Shown: positions 17,621-26,847 of the stretch, one piece after another
How positions within the stretch are numbered: position 1 is the stretch's first letter
How the letters are laid out: every line of letters begins with the position of its first letter
Position numbers and translations under genes: made by a program
IMG/VR virus record: IMGVR_UViG_3300032053_000031
DNA from: a virus
Lineage: Duplodnaviria; Heunggongvirae; Uroviricota; Caudoviricetes
Length of the DNA: 64,000 nucleotides
Strand: one strand, 5' to 3'
The notes under the pieces: model-generated
The model's input: only the letters and a program-made list of their open reading frames with translations
The model's database searches: none
Told to the model about the DNA's origin: nothing

Positions 17621-18682
17621 ATGAGACCCATGGAAGTGAAGGAGTTCTTGAAGGGATGCATCCTCAAGAACCTGAGGGTTCCCATCGTCATCAAGGGCGA
17701 AGCGGGAATCGGCAAGTCGCAGATCGTACAGCAGGCGGGCATCGATTGCGAACGCTTCGTCATCGATCTGCGCCTGGCTCAGATGGAACCGGGAGACCTT
17801 ATCGGTCTGCCGAGGACGGATCCGGAAAGCCGCCGAACGGTCTGGCTGGCTCCGGAGTGGTGGCCGACGAAAGAGAAGTACCCGAAGGGCTGCGTTGTCT
17901 TCCTCGACGAGCTCAACCGCGCACCGGTAGACGTGCGCCAGGCGATCTTCCAGGTTCTCACAGAGTGGAAGATGCACACGCACACGCTGCCAGATAACAC
18001 CTTCCTGATCGCCGCTATCAACCCTGAGGACGGCGGGAAGATGAACTACCAGGTCGAGCAATTCGACCCTGCCATGGTGAACCGCATGTGCTTCATCACC
18101 ATGGAGCCGGACACGCAGCAGTGGATCAACTGGGCCACGGAGAACGAGCTCGATGAGATGGTCATCAAGTTCATCGCGGTCCACAACGCCATGCTGCACG
18201 GCGCATGCGATACGGGACCGTTCCCGTCGCCGAGGACGTGGCACAAGCTGTCCGATCTGATGAAGGCTCAGGCGATCCCGTCGTTCGCTCAGAGCGAGGT
18301 CATCAGCGGACTCGTCGGCGAGAAGCCGGCGATCAGCTTCATCCGGTTCCTCGACAAGAACTACAAGAAGCCGGTCAGCGGCCGCGAGGTGCTGGACGAG
18401 TTCGTGAAGTACAAGGACAAGCTTGTCAAGCAGCGGAACGACGAGACATTCGCGACGATCACGGAGCTCGTCGGTCTCCTCGGCAACGGCGAGAAGCTGA
18501 AGAAGAACCAGCTGCAGAACGTCGTCGACTTCTCCCTGGCGATCAAGCAGGAAGAGAAGATGGCCTTCTTGAAGAAGCTGCCGAACCCCATCCTGAGCAA
18601 GCTCGGAAACGCTTCTCAGGAGCTGTGCAACGCGATCGCAGCCATCGCAACGGAGCTTGACAAGGAATTGCGAAAGAAGTAG
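17621..18682 (+). CDS. MoxR-like AAA+ ATPase
   Basis: Walker A GEAGIGKS; Walker B VVFLDELNRAP; sensor motifs; AGGAGG RBS; 353 aa. Confidence 0.85.
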   Translation: MRPMEVKEFLKGCILKNLRVPIVIKGEAGIGKSQIVQQAGIDCERFVIDLRLAQMEPGDLIGLPRTDPESRRTVWLAPEWWPTKEKYPKGCVVFLDELNRAPVDVRQAIFQVLTEWKMHTHTLPDNTFLIAAINPEDGGKMNYQVEQFDPAMVNRMCFITMEPDTQQWINWATENELDEMVIKFIAVHNAMLHGACDTGPFPSPRTWHKLSDLMKAQAIPSFAQSEVISGLVGEKPAISFIRFLDKNYKKPVSGREVLDEFVKYKDKLVKQRNDETFATITELVGLLGNGEKLKKNQLQNVVDFSLAIKQEEKMAFLKKLPNPILSKLGNASQELCNAIAAIATELDKELRKK

Positions 18683-18699
18683 TCAAAGCCGGCGATGAC

Positions 18700-18738
18700 A
18701 ATGCTGCCCACCCACCATAGAGGTGGGTGGGCAGCATT
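18700..18738 (+). terminator. perfect 17-bp inverted repeat (aatgctgcccacccacc-ataga-ggtgggtgggcagcatt) downstream of MoxR gene
   Basis: Seen directly in the sequence; GC-rich stem with no U-tract. Confidence 0.5.
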
Positions 18739-18947
18739 CGAGGAGGAGATGACAATGGAATTTCTAGAGTGGCGGTTTACAGAGCATTGGTTCTGGAGTA
18801 CCTTACTTACTCCCATGTTTTGTTTTGCCTGGGCTTGCTTCAAAGGATTATTCTGGCGGGGAGTGATTTCATTCATCTTGGCATTTTCAGTCACTGCGAA
18901 TTCAAATAGCTGACGGAAATGACATAGCGCCAATACGGGAGGGCCTA

Positions 18948-19145
18948 ATGCTTCTTGACCCGAAGACAAAGATGCGTATCGACCACATGACCTATGAGGA
19001 GCTTCTGCGCAAGTGGCGATTCGCTCCGGCCGGTGACATGATGTTTCAAGGCGAATCTGGTACATACTACTCTAAACGTATGGCAGAGCTGCGAGACCGA
19101 GAATCCAACCCTGCTGCTGTCTCCAAGACGGTAGGCTGGAAATGA
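18948..19145 (+). CDS. hypothetical protein
   Basis: 65-aa track ORF. Confidence 0.4.
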   Translation: MLLDPKTKMRIDHMTYEELLRKWRFAPAGDMMFQGESGTYYSKRMAELRDRESNPAAVSKTVGWK

Positions 19146-19146
19146 G

Positions 19147-19410
19147 ATGAATGAGAAACTTTGTTGTCTAGTCAAGTCACACGTGACATGCTATTACTGT
19201 CAAGAAATGTGGTGCGAGGAATGTTATAGCAAAGTTCTTCCTCCGTATTCCTGGAGAGAGGGGAGAGATGAAGAAAACATATGGAAAGGATCTTCTTGTC
19301 CTAAAGGAAACTTCCCAGGAAGGTGGGGAGGCCATTACACAATGGTGTTTGGAAAAGGTGTTTTAGAGCTGTCTAAGGTAGAGTCTTATAGGCGACGTGT
19401 TCTACCATGA
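19147..19410 (+). CDS. LCC-family small Cys-rich protein
   Basis: MNEKLCCLVKSHVTCYYCQEMWCEECY. Confidence 0.65.
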   Translation: MNEKLCCLVKSHVTCYYCQEMWCEECYSKVLPPYSWREGRDEENIWKGSSCPKGNFPGRWGGHYTMVFGKGVLELSKVESYRRRVLP

Positions 19411-19706
19411 TTACTCTTGAACAGCAACTCATCATAACACGTAATGTGGGAGATGTTGTTCGCACGTATGATGGTAACTATAATATCATTCTCGAGGTAC
19501 AACAATTTGTATATGTATTGAAAGTAATTGGTAAATGTCTTTGGGAAGGTAAATATATTTGGAATGACGTTCGAAAAGGCTATAATGTATCTAAGACCGA
19601 TATAAAACTTGTTTCATCGAAAGAAGCGTCATTAGCAAAGTATTTCGAAGCACTACGTCCCGGAAAATGGACTCGAAGAGACATAGAACTTGCTCAACTA
19701 GAATGA
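19407..19706 (+). CDS. hypothetical protein
   Basis: 99-aa track ORF; ATGA overlap. Confidence 0.45.
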   Translation: MITLEQQLIITRNVGDVVRTYDGNYNIILEVQQFVYVLKVIGKCLWEGKYIWNDVRKGYNVSKTDIKLVSSKEASLAKYFEALRPGKWTRRDIELAQLE

Positions 19707-19906
19707 AGAAACAACGATTATGTTGTGTAGTGAATACATTATTCAAGTGTAAAGGTTGTAAGGAATTTGTATGTAGGGAATGTTACTTAAAACAAATCTT
19801 TCCGAAAGATGTCAAACTCCAGGAAAAACTTCTAAGGATGGGCTTTCTAGAAAGTTTGGTTGGCGAGATAAATAATTATCGATGCGTGAACTGTTGCTCA
19901 GATTAA
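19703..19906 (+). CDS. LCC-family small Cys-rich protein
   Basis: MKKQRLCCVVNTLFKCKGCKEFVCRECY. Confidence 0.6.
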   Translation: MKKQRLCCVVNTLFKCKGCKEFVCRECYLKQIFPKDVKLQEKLLRMGFLESLVGEINNYRCVNCCSD

Positions 19907-19909
19907 TGT

Positions 19910-20206
19910 ATGAACGTAAAACAAAGAAAGTTATGTTGCATAGTCAATAAGTTCTATAGGTGTGTCTTTTGTAAGGAATACATTTGTATCACATGTAATA
20001 GCGGATCTAATAATCAAAGTGATAGATTCGCCTTTGAGTGTATTAACCCATCAGTCAAAAGAAGGGGAAGCTTCCATCCAAGTTGTGATAATCATTGGGT
20101 GATTCCATATGGAGCATTCAATAGCTACATAGAAGAGTTGCAAGGTTTAGACTTAGAAATCTACGAGGAGGTAGTAAAATGGGATGGGACCAATCGTACT
20201 CAGTAG
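19910..20206 (+). CDS. LCC-family small Cys-rich protein
   Basis: MNVKQRKLCCIVNKFYRCVFCKEYICITCN. Confidence 0.65.
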   Translation: MNVKQRKLCCIVNKFYRCVFCKEYICITCNSGSNNQSDRFAFECINPSVKRRGSFHPSCDNHWVIPYGAFNSYIEELQGLDLEIYEEVVKWDGTNRTQ

Positions 20207-20595
20207 AGGGAGTAGATTCTTTGCGTCTCCGGCTTTCAGACATAGATGTCAAAGAGCTTATCCAGAAAGCACTCGATGAGAAAGGAATCAAAGTGGTCTC
20301 CGAAGAGGAATTCTGGATCGACGAGTTCTATGACCAAAAGGGAAAGAAGATCGTCCTCTCAGACGGAAGAGTCTTCGAACACAAACTCGTCCGCAGCGAT
20401 CGGTGGGATGACGAAGGTCAGGACTACTACGAACTTCGTCCTCAGCAGGAAGAGGTACATACAAAGATAATCAACCACGAGATCGAATACTTCGACCCCA
20501 AAGTAGAAGAGGGGGTCATAGAAGATGTACCACAACTTCCTCCAGCGGCATTAGACCAACTGCGTAGAGAAGAACTTCCGCCAGAGCTTCTCTAG
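20179..20595 (+). CDS. hypothetical acidic protein
   Basis: 138 aa, E/D-rich. Confidence 0.45.
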   Translation: MGWDQSYSVEGVDSLRLRLSDIDVKELIQKALDEKGIKVVSEEEFWIDEFYDQKGKKIVLSDGRVFEHKLVRSDRWDDEGQDYYELRPQQEEVHTKIINHEIEYFDPKVEEGVIEDVPQLPPAALDQLRREELPPELL

Positions 20596-20600
20596 GAGGA

Positions 20601-20819
20601 GTGATGCTCAACTATATTCTCAAAATCATGGCAGCGTGTTTGGAAAATCTACCTTGCCGCTTCGGGCTCCATACCGGCAAGTGGAATGCTCCTACTAAGG
20701 AATCCTGGGCTAGATGGCTAGCTGGATCAAAGGTACCAGGAAGTGATCAAACTCGTCTGACTCAGTCCCGTACTTGTTCCCTTTGTGGCTTAGTACAGAA
20801 AAGATACATTGAGAATTAA
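20601..20819 (+). CDS. hypothetical protein
   Basis: Track ORF. Confidence 0.3.
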   Translation: MMLNYILKIMAACLENLPCRFGLHTGKWNAPTKESWARWLAGSKVPGSDQTRLTQSRTCSLCGLVQKRYIEN

Positions 20820-20834
20820 CTCTAGGAGGAGCAG

Positions 20835-21257
20835 ATGCCTTGTGAGGGAGATAAGGTCCTTGGACAGAACACCGAAGCTCAATGCTATCGGGTTGATGCT
20901 TGCATGGGATGCGACAAGTGCACCATCATGTGTCCCGGTTGTGAGAACTGCAACGTCGAGCCAGCGAAGCCTCGCGAGCTGGAAGTAGGCGACTACATCG
21001 TAGTTGCCTCGAGTCTGATCACCGATCCTAACTGGACGGAGAAGTGGACTCCGCTGATGGATATGGCTATCGGACGCGTCGGCTACATCGAGGAGATGCA
21101 GGTGCAGAAAGGCTATCGGGTTCGCTTCAAGACAACGAAGAACGACTCCCTTTCGGATCTTTGGTTCCCGAGAGGCTCACTGAAGCTGGCAATGCCCAAC
21201 GACAACTCGACCGACAAAATGATTAAGGAAGTGAAGAAGGGCAACGAAGCTATATAG
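20835..21257 (+). CDS. hypothetical protein with Cys-rich N-terminus
   Basis: GGAGG RBS; CYRVDACMGCDKCTIMCPGCENC. Confidence 0.45.
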   Translation: MPCEGDKVLGQNTEAQCYRVDACMGCDKCTIMCPGCENCNVEPAKPRELEVGDYIVVASSLITDPNWTEKWTPLMDMAIGRVGYIEEMQVQKGYRVRFKTTKNDSLSDLWFPRGSLKLAMPNDNSTDKMIKEVKKGNEAI

Positions 21258-21310
21258 ATTGTCGGAGGGGGATTGGAGAATTCCCACTCCCAACCAACGG
21301 AGGCACACAA

Positions 21311-21469
21311 ATGGCTATCTTGTACAAAGAGGTAGTTATCGAACTCGACCCTGGCGAAAAAGAAAGGATTGTAGTACTTCTTAAAGGGTCGCAAGCGAGT
21401 CCATACATCATCAATGTTAAGATGTCTATGGGCGGAAACGTTATCGTCGATAGCGAGGATGCTGACTAA
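21311..21469 (+). CDS. small hypothetical protein (52 aa)
   Basis: Short ORF not in the track; ACGGAGG RBS 7 nt upstream. Confidence 0.35.
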   Translation: MAILYKEVVIELDPGEKERIVVLLKGSQASPYIINVKMSMGGNVIVDSEDAD

Positions 21470-21484
21470 ACGGAGGCAAAAGCA

Positions 21485-22693
21485 ATGGCGGACATGGATA
21501 AGGTCCAGAAGGCGATCATCAGCCTGTTGAACGGAGAAGGTGTGTTCTATGCCTCTCTGATCATGCAGATGAGAAGAATTCATGCCCCTGACTTACCTAA
21601 GGGTGCCCTGATGGGAGTATCAGTAGAGAACGGACGTATCGTCCTTCACGTCGATCCCCCAAGGCTCGAGGAGCATTCCATCGAGTCGGTTGCAAGAATC
21701 TTGGAGCACGAGTGTCTCCACTTGGTTCTCGAACACTTAACGAGGAAAGAAAGTAAGCATCACCTCGTCTGGAACTACGCGACTGACCTCGCGGCGAACA
21801 GTCTGATCAACGGGATGGACGTAGGACTCATTCCTGGAAAGGCTCCTTTCGCTGACTTCCCAGCGAAAAAGACTTCCGAGTTCTACTACGCGAAGTTGAA
21901 AGATAAGTTCGAAATGCATACGATCACCGTCAACGCCGATGGGTCCGTAACCATCAAGGACGATAAGACGGGAAAAGAAATCACGGTGCATCCTTCCGGA
22001 GACCACAGCGGCTGGAAGGAACTCGATGCGGGGAAGGACTCTCTGACGAGGGAAGTCATCAAACAGGCGGTGGCGGAAGCTTACTCCCATGCGAAGCAGC
22101 AGGGCAGATTCCCTGGAGGCTTGCAGGAGATCATCGAGGAGCTTCTCGGGAAGGAGAAGTTCAACTGGAAGAGGGTGCTGAAGCAGTACATCGGCAACGC
22201 GGTGAAGGCGGACAGCAAGTACTCCTGGAAGAGGGAGAGCAAGAGGTTCGGAGACACCCAGAAGGGGAAGGTCCGGAACAGAACCATCGATCTGGCGATA
22301 GCCATCGACACCTCAGGTTCCATCTCCACGGAAGAGTTTCAGGAGTTCATCACCGAGATCAAAGGGATCATGTCGTCGTACAAGACGAGCGTGAACGTCA
22401 TCGAGTGTGACGCCGAAGTGCAGAAGGTGTATTCGCTGAAGAAGCATGCGAAGGTCGATACGAAGTTCAAGGGACGTGGAGGTACGGACTTCAGGCCGGT
22501 CTTCAAGTGGTTCGAAGACAAAAAGAAGTTCCCGGGACTGCTGGTCTTCTTCACAGATGGAGAAGGAGCGTTTCCTGAAAAGGAACCCGCGAAGATGAAG
22601 ACACTCTGGGTGATCACATCCCGAAGCTACGTCGACAAGGTACCCTTTGGGAAACTATTAAAGATCCCCAAGGATAAGGGGAATAACGACTAA
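21485..22693 (+). CDS. VWA-domain protein with N-terminal HExxH putative metallopeptidase domain (partner of MoxR ATPase)
   Basis: HECLH (HExxH); MIDAS DxSxS motif in DLAIAIDTSGSIS; FTDGEG; ACGGAGG RBS; 402 aa. Confidence 0.7.
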   Translation: MADMDKVQKAIISLLNGEGVFYASLIMQMRRIHAPDLPKGALMGVSVENGRIVLHVDPPRLEEHSIESVARILEHECLHLVLEHLTRKESKHHLVWNYATDLAANSLINGMDVGLIPGKAPFADFPAKKTSEFYYAKLKDKFEMHTITVNADGSVTIKDDKTGKEITVHPSGDHSGWKELDAGKDSLTREVIKQAVAEAYSHAKQQGRFPGGLQEIIEELLGKEKFNWKRVLKQYIGNAVKADSKYSWKRESKRFGDTQKGKVRNRTIDLAIAIDTSGSISTEEFQEFITEIKGIMSSYKTSVNVIECDAEVQKVYSLKKHAKVDTKFKGRGGTDFRPVFKWFEDKKKFPGLLVFFTDGEGAFPEKEPAKMKTLWVITSRSYVDKVPFGKLLKIPKDKGNND

Positions 22694-22875
22694 TGGAAAT
22701 AGTTTTAGTCACAAACGGAAACATCGTAAAGACTTGGAAGGTGACCTCCGATAAGGAATCGGAGTATATCCTTTCAACGCCAGAGGGCCAACAGAAGCTT
22801 ATAGAAGAGATAAAGAATTCAGCCTTCTGGACAGAGAAAGCAGAAGAGAAGATCAGGGGAATGAAGTGGATATAA
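22693..22875 (+). CDS. hypothetical protein
   Basis: Track ORF. Confidence 0.35.
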   Translation: MEIVLVTNGNIVKTWKVTSDKESEYILSTPEGQQKLIEEIKNSAFWTEKAEEKIRGMKWI

Positions 22876-23123
22876 TTGGACCTCCTTCAAGGTTTGATGG
22901 AACTAAACTTTGTTGGTGGTGTAAATACTTCTACTACGACCAGGGAAGTCAAGGTTATTCAGACATGACTCCAGGGTGGGAAGGACGCTTCGAGTGCACT
23001 AAGGATCATTGGAAAATGAACTTAGTGGACACTTCAGAAGAATCGTTTAGAAACAATATCCACCACGCCGTAGACTGTTCTGACTTCGAATCAGTACTAC
23101 TTCAAAAGACACTAGGAGGCTGA
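22866..23123 (+). CDS. hypothetical protein (weak LCC-like KLCWWC)
   Basis: Track ORF; GTKLCWWCKYFYY. Confidence 0.3.
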   Translation: MDIIGPPSRFDGTKLCWWCKYFYYDQGSQGYSDMTPGWEGRFECTKDHWKMNLVDTSEESFRNNIHHAVDCSDFESVLLQKTLGG

Positions 23124-23124
23124 C

Positions 23125-23274
23125 ATGGCAAGAGAAATAAGCCAGAAGGAGTGGATCGCGGAGCTGAAAGATCGGAAGGCAAAGGGAACCCTCCACGAAG
23201 TGGGCTTCTCGGAGAAGGATGCCAACATCCTCATTCCGTATCTCGAGGAACTGGAACAGGGAGGAAAGAAGTGA
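23125..23274 (+). CDS. small hypothetical protein (49 aa)
   Basis: Short ORF not in the track; AGGAGG 8 nt upstream of ATG 23125. Confidence 0.3.
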   Translation: MAREISQKEWIAELKDRKAKGTLHEVGFSEKDANILIPYLEELEQGGKK

Positions 23275-23612
23275 TCGCGACAGCGGAACTCACCAAGACG
23301 GACTTAGCGCAGAAGATCCAGGACGGCTGGGTTCAGAAGAACTTCGAGCTCGCGAAGCTGGCAGAGTACGCCTATGGACTTCCTGCGGAGAAGGCCTTCG
23401 TCTTCGCCCGAGTATGTCCGAAGCCCTTACTGGAGGACATCATGAAAGGGCAACGAGGAAATGGCTTCTGCGACAAGGTTCTGAACTTCACGGACTCCTT
23501 GGATAAGGATCCGTTGAAGTCGACAACTCAAGTCATCGACGTCGAGAAGAGGTATCTGTTAACTTGCACTCGACTGATCGTGCTGGCGGAAGGAAGGACG
23601 GTAGAGGAATAA
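23271..23612 (+). CDS. hypothetical protein (GTG start)
   Basis: GGGAGGAAAG then GTG 23271; in-frame 3' part of track ORF 23151..23612. Confidence 0.35.
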   Translation: MIATAELTKTDLAQKIQDGWVQKNFELAKLAEYAYGLPAEKAFVFARVCPKPLLEDIMKGQRGNGFCDKVLNFTDSLDKDPLKSTTQVIDVEKRYLLTCTRLIVLAEGRTVEE

Positions 23613-23649
23613 ACTTACAGCCTACCATTAGAATAGATGGTAGGCCGAT

Positions 23650-23955
23650 TTGTGTATCATCCGAAGAGGTAATATGAATCATAAGCAAGTATTTACAGAA
23701 TTAGATGAGGCTCTTAAGAAGTTTGGTACCTATAACTATTATGACAAGGGAGTTGATGAAGTATTTGATGCGTCCGAAATTGAAGAGTTCATAAGAACTT
23801 TCCCCTCAGGAACGGAAGCCGGAAAGTGGATGAAAGGATTAGCGTCACATGAGCATGGTCAACACCTTATAGATCATCTCGCGAGCTGCCTCGATAATGT
23901 GGCTGACGATAAGTGGTTTGAAGAAATGGTGGAAGAATCCGGAGCAGACTACTAA
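23650..23955 (+). CDS. hypothetical protein
   Basis: Track ORF. Confidence 0.45.
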   Translation: MCIIRRGNMNHKQVFTELDEALKKFGTYNYYDKGVDEVFDASEIEEFIRTFPSGTEAGKWMKGLASHEHGQHLIDHLASCLDNVADDKWFEEMVEESGADY

Positions 23956-23966
23956 GGAGGAACTAA

Positions 23967-24308
23967 ATGAGCACCGTCCTACTCATCGCGGCAGGTTCGT
24001 TCATATCTTTGATAGCCATGGGTTTAATAGTGGGCCTCGCCATCGTTTCTTTGGGTAAGGCGTTCATAATCAGAACAACCGAGACCCTCAACAACCGTGC
24101 TGAGGAGGAAGGTAAGAAGATAGCCGTCGAGCAGGCCGCTCTCTTCTCGGAGAAGGTGGTTGTACTAGAACAGTTCGCTCAGCTGAAGAAGACTCAGGAC
24201 CAAATTGAGAAGCAGCTCGACACCATCGAGTTGCTAAAGTCGAGGATGTTGGATCCCGAATGGGCTTCTCAGTTTGAAAAGGGTCGCGATCAGGCTAAGT
24301 GGAACTAG
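23967..24308 (+). CDS. membrane-anchored coiled-coil protein
   Basis: AAGGAGG RBS; N-terminal TM helix. Confidence 0.45.
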   Translation: MSTVLLIAAGSFISLIAMGLIVGLAIVSLGKAFIIRTTETLNNRAEEEGKKIAVEQAALFSEKVVVLEQFAQLKKTQDQIEKQLDTIELLKSRMLDPEWASQFEKGRDQAKWN

Positions 24309-24309
24309 C

Positions 24310-24528
24310 GTGGAAACTCGTCACCCTTGTTGTGTAGCACAGCCTCTTCACATCTGTAGTCTCTGTAAGCAACCTTCTGAATGTCAGGAGCACTTCCAGA
24401 AGAAGCTGAAGAAGCGTAAAGGTAGTCACTGGTATACTACCATAGGCGATAGAGGTCCTCAACAGGTACCTCTATGTAATCAGTGCTACAACAAATGGCT
24501 TGATGCTCTATTGAGGAATAGAATATAA
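24310..24528 (+). CDS. LCC-family (PCC variant) small Cys-rich protein
   Basis: GTG start directly after the upstream stop; ...HPCCVAQPLHICSLCKQPSECQEHF. Confidence 0.45.
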   Translation: METRHPCCVAQPLHICSLCKQPSECQEHFQKKLKKRKGSHWYTTIGDRGPQQVPLCNQCYNKWLDALLRNRI

Positions 24529-24585
24529 TTTATCCGCGAGGTAGCCGCCCTCCTGAAGTGCCTCCACGGCTACCTCGCCTAATTT

Positions 24586-24828
24586 ATGAAATGTCTAATA
24601 TGCTACGTGAAAGCAACACACTCATGCGTTATATGCGGCCGAAAGAAATGTGCCGAGTGTCGTAAGAAGGAAAAGATAGCCTGGTGGAATCCTACGTTAT
24701 GTTTTAAGATCCATGAAGATAAAGAACACTTCGAATACTGGGCACAAGAATATCCCGGCTACGCCACGGAAGAAAAGGAGTTAAAGTGGAAAAAGGTTCA
24801 ACAGCCGTCATCGAAAAACCCGGCGTGA
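24586..24828 (+). CDS. LCC-family (CLxC variant) small Cys-rich protein
   Basis: MKCLICYVKATHSCVICGRKKCAECR. Confidence 0.55.
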   Translation: MKCLICYVKATHSCVICGRKKCAECRKKEKIAWWNPTLCFKIHEDKEHFEYWAQEYPGYATEEKELKWKKVQQPSSKNPA

Positions 24829-25079
24829 CAGATGGCACGAAGAAGGATAGCTTCTTCGGCTGGCGTACTGTTCTTTTTAATTGCAACTGTCACAGCTTCG
24901 ATCAAGTCGAATGGCAACTGATCAAGGCTATCCGTTGCTCCCCTGAGAAGGCACATCAGTACGCCTTGGCAGTTCATACCAAAGGAAAGGTTGAGGTATA
25001 TGAGGGGTACAAAGAGAAAGCGGAGGCGATCGCCGATGTCCTTGGAACAATCGGTCTCAGAGTCACAGTCTCTCAGTAA
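24786..25079 (+). CDS. clpS: ClpS-like ATP-dependent Clp protease adaptor (GTG start)
   Basis: AAGGAG then GTG 24786; sequence fits the ClpS consensus up to 5-residue windows (...FDQVEWQLIKAIRCSPEKAHQYALAVHTKGKVEVYEGYKEKAE...); about 97 aa. Confidence 0.55.
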   Translation: MEKGSTAVIEKPGVTDGTKKDSFFGWRTVLFNCNCHSFDQVEWQLIKAIRCSPEKAHQYALAVHTKGKVEVYEGYKEKAEAIADVLGTIGLRVTVSQ

Positions 25080-25251
25080 CCTCTGCTGTATAGTACATCC
25101 TTACGTACAATGTGCGTTCTGCGAAAAGAAGTTATGTCGACCCTGTCTGAACAAAAGGGACATACAAGTTTGTGCGGATGGGAAGGCCACACCATGCACT
25201 TCAAGAAAGCACTGGATCATGAGTGATGGTCATTGGATGTCGAGAGGATAA
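25036..25251 (+). CDS. LCC-family small Cys-rich protein
   Basis: ...SNLCCIVHPYVQCAFCEKKLCRPCL. The start lies inside the clpS 3' end in another frame and is uncertain. Confidence 0.45.
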   Translation: MSLEQSVSESQSLSNLCCIVHPYVQCAFCEKKLCRPCLNKRDIQVCADGKATPCTSRKHWIMSDGHWMSRG

Positions 25252-25479
25252 TTATGTGACACTAAAACACTCGGGTAGACGAGTATAGTATAGAAATTAT
25301 ATACCTGAGAACCCGAGCAGGAAGTACACTTAATGTTTGCTACATATATAGTAGGTTAAAAGTATGTAAATGGGTAGAATATCGCCTGGTCAATGAATTA
25401 TGTAGGGCTTACCTACGTACTAAGTCGTCAGTGGTAATCGTAGGAGGTGCCTCTGAATCCTAAGGAGGTTAACTTTAAC

Positions 25480-25668
25480 ATGACTAAACTGTGCTGCATC
25501 ATAAGGCCATTCATCCACTGTTGCGATTGTCGAGCACCTATGTGTAAGGAACACTTCTTCATTAAAAGAAGTCCCGCAAGATATAGATGCTTGCAATGCT
25601 TTCGCAGGCAGATCAAGCCGCATCGTACCGGTAAGTATAACAAAAACCTTAACTGGTTGGAGGGGTAA
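25480..25668 (+). CDS. LCC-family small Cys-rich protein
   Basis: AAGGAGG RBS; MTKLCCIIRPFIHCCDCRAPMCKEHF. Confidence 0.65.
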   Translation: MTKLCCIIRPFIHCCDCRAPMCKEHFFIKRSPARYRCLQCFRRQIKPHRTGKYNKNLNWLEG

Positions 25669-25868
25669 GATGCCGCAGATGATAAGAGGTCCCTAAAGAA
25701 ACATTACCCAGACAGACGAGTTTATACTACGGAATAATATTCATCGGGTTAGTTTAACCTATAATTATATTATTCCAGCTAAAGGTTATAAAGGGTATAA
25801 GAGTCTGGGATACCCTTTCTTTAGTTCTTTAGATGTTATTAGTCATGGGATACTACAGGAGGACGAAC

Positions 25869-26111
25869 ATGGCTAAGCTCTGTTGCACCATCAACACGCG
25901 TATAGAAAAGTGTAACTACTGCGGAGAGCCCGTATGTGAAACCTGTTGGCTTAGTGGTTTCCATTGGATCGCTCCCATAGAGAAGAAGACGCTGGACATA
26001 TGGGGTACGCCTCATGTGTTCGAAATCATCGGAGCGAGAAAGGAAATACCTGACTGCTGCAACCCTTGGAAGGTAAAGTTATCCAAACTGCATGGGAAGA
26101 TAGATGAATAA
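25869..26111 (+). CDS. LCC-family small Cys-rich protein
   Basis: AGGAGG RBS; MAKLCCTINTRIEKCNYCGEPVCETCW. Confidence 0.65.
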   Translation: MAKLCCTINTRIEKCNYCGEPVCETCWLSGFHWIAPIEKKTLDIWGTPHVFEIIGARKEIPDCCNPWKVKLSKLHGKIDE

Positions 26112-26427
26112 TTGTCTGTGTTGTATAATCAACCCTCAGAAGGTTAAATGTGAGTTATGTGGAAGACACCTTTGTGCTACCTGTCAAAAGAAGGCAAGAA
26201 GGTTGTATAACTTCAAGCTCGACGAGGCAAGAAGACTTCTTCGGAAGAGTGGAAGAGGTTTTTATTCCGATCCAGTAGTAGGAGGGATATCAATAAAGGC
26301 TTCACGATATACTCTGGAAGTAAAAAAACTTGCAGATCCTAATCCAAGGATAGCAACGTATAGACTTTTCTTTAAGGCTCCGTATGTATGTGCTACATGT
26401 TGTAGAGAGAGGAAGGGTCATGTCTAA
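26104..26427 (+). CDS. LCC-family (CLCC) small Cys-rich protein
   Basis: MNNCLCCIINPQKVKCELCGRHLCATCQ. Confidence 0.6.
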   Translation: MNNCLCCIINPQKVKCELCGRHLCATCQKKARRLYNFKLDEARRLLRKSGRGFYSDPVVGGISIKASRYTLEVKKLADPNPRIATYRLFFKAPYVCATCCRERKGHV

Positions 26428-26544
26428 TTATGAAAAATACGTGATGGACTGTGACTTCGAAGGAGTAAGTCCAACAGTTATTGGTTTTATTCAAACGGAA
26501 CTTCTAATACTGTGGAACAAAATAACTAGGTCATCGGATGATAG

Positions 26545-26805
26545 ATGATTCATATGAATCTGTGTTGCTATGTCAAATCATATAAGAAGTGTCCCTTCTG
26601 CGATACGCGACTGTGTCAGGAACATACCGCAGAAGAAACCATCTACTACAATAAATGGCATGGAGATAAAGTGGATATAAGAGGTGGATGGATATATATG
26701 TGTTGGGCTTGTTGGGCAGCAGCTGATGAATACGGCAAGAGGAACGATCAAACTATATATGAAGCTGTCGAAGGTTTTGGCCTTTATAATGGTAACCTAT
26801 GTTAA
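26545..26805 (+). CDS. LCC-family small Cys-rich protein
   Basis: MIHMNLCCYVKSYKKCPFCDTRLCQEH. Confidence 0.6.
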   Translation: MIHMNLCCYVKSYKKCPFCDTRLCQEHTAEETIYYNKWHGDKVDIRGGWIYMCWACWAAADEYGKRNDQTIYEAVEGFGLYNGNLC

Positions 26806-26847
26806 GTACTTTATTCTGAGGATCGTTTCATTTGTCGGAGGAATCTA

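Noticed and set aside
17513-18755. ORFs 17513..18244 (-), 17656..17997 (+), 17779..18021 (-), 18205..18660 (+) and others overlapping the MoxR ATPase
   Set aside because: Same GC-rich artefact. The MoxR frame has clear Walker motifs and an RBS; the alternatives are Arg/Gly/Pro-rich nonsense.
18695-18913. Track ORFs 18695..18913 and 18727..18909 (+) and 18616..19065 (-)
   Set aside because: They span the perfect 17-bp hairpin and the intergenic region after the MoxR gene. There is no RBS and the composition is odd, so I interpret them as non-coding terminator or spacer sequence.
22866-23123. Possible extra LCC member (KLCWWCKYF)
   Set aside because: It lacks the downstream CxxC-x4-CxxC scaffold. 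I kept it only as a hypothetical protein.
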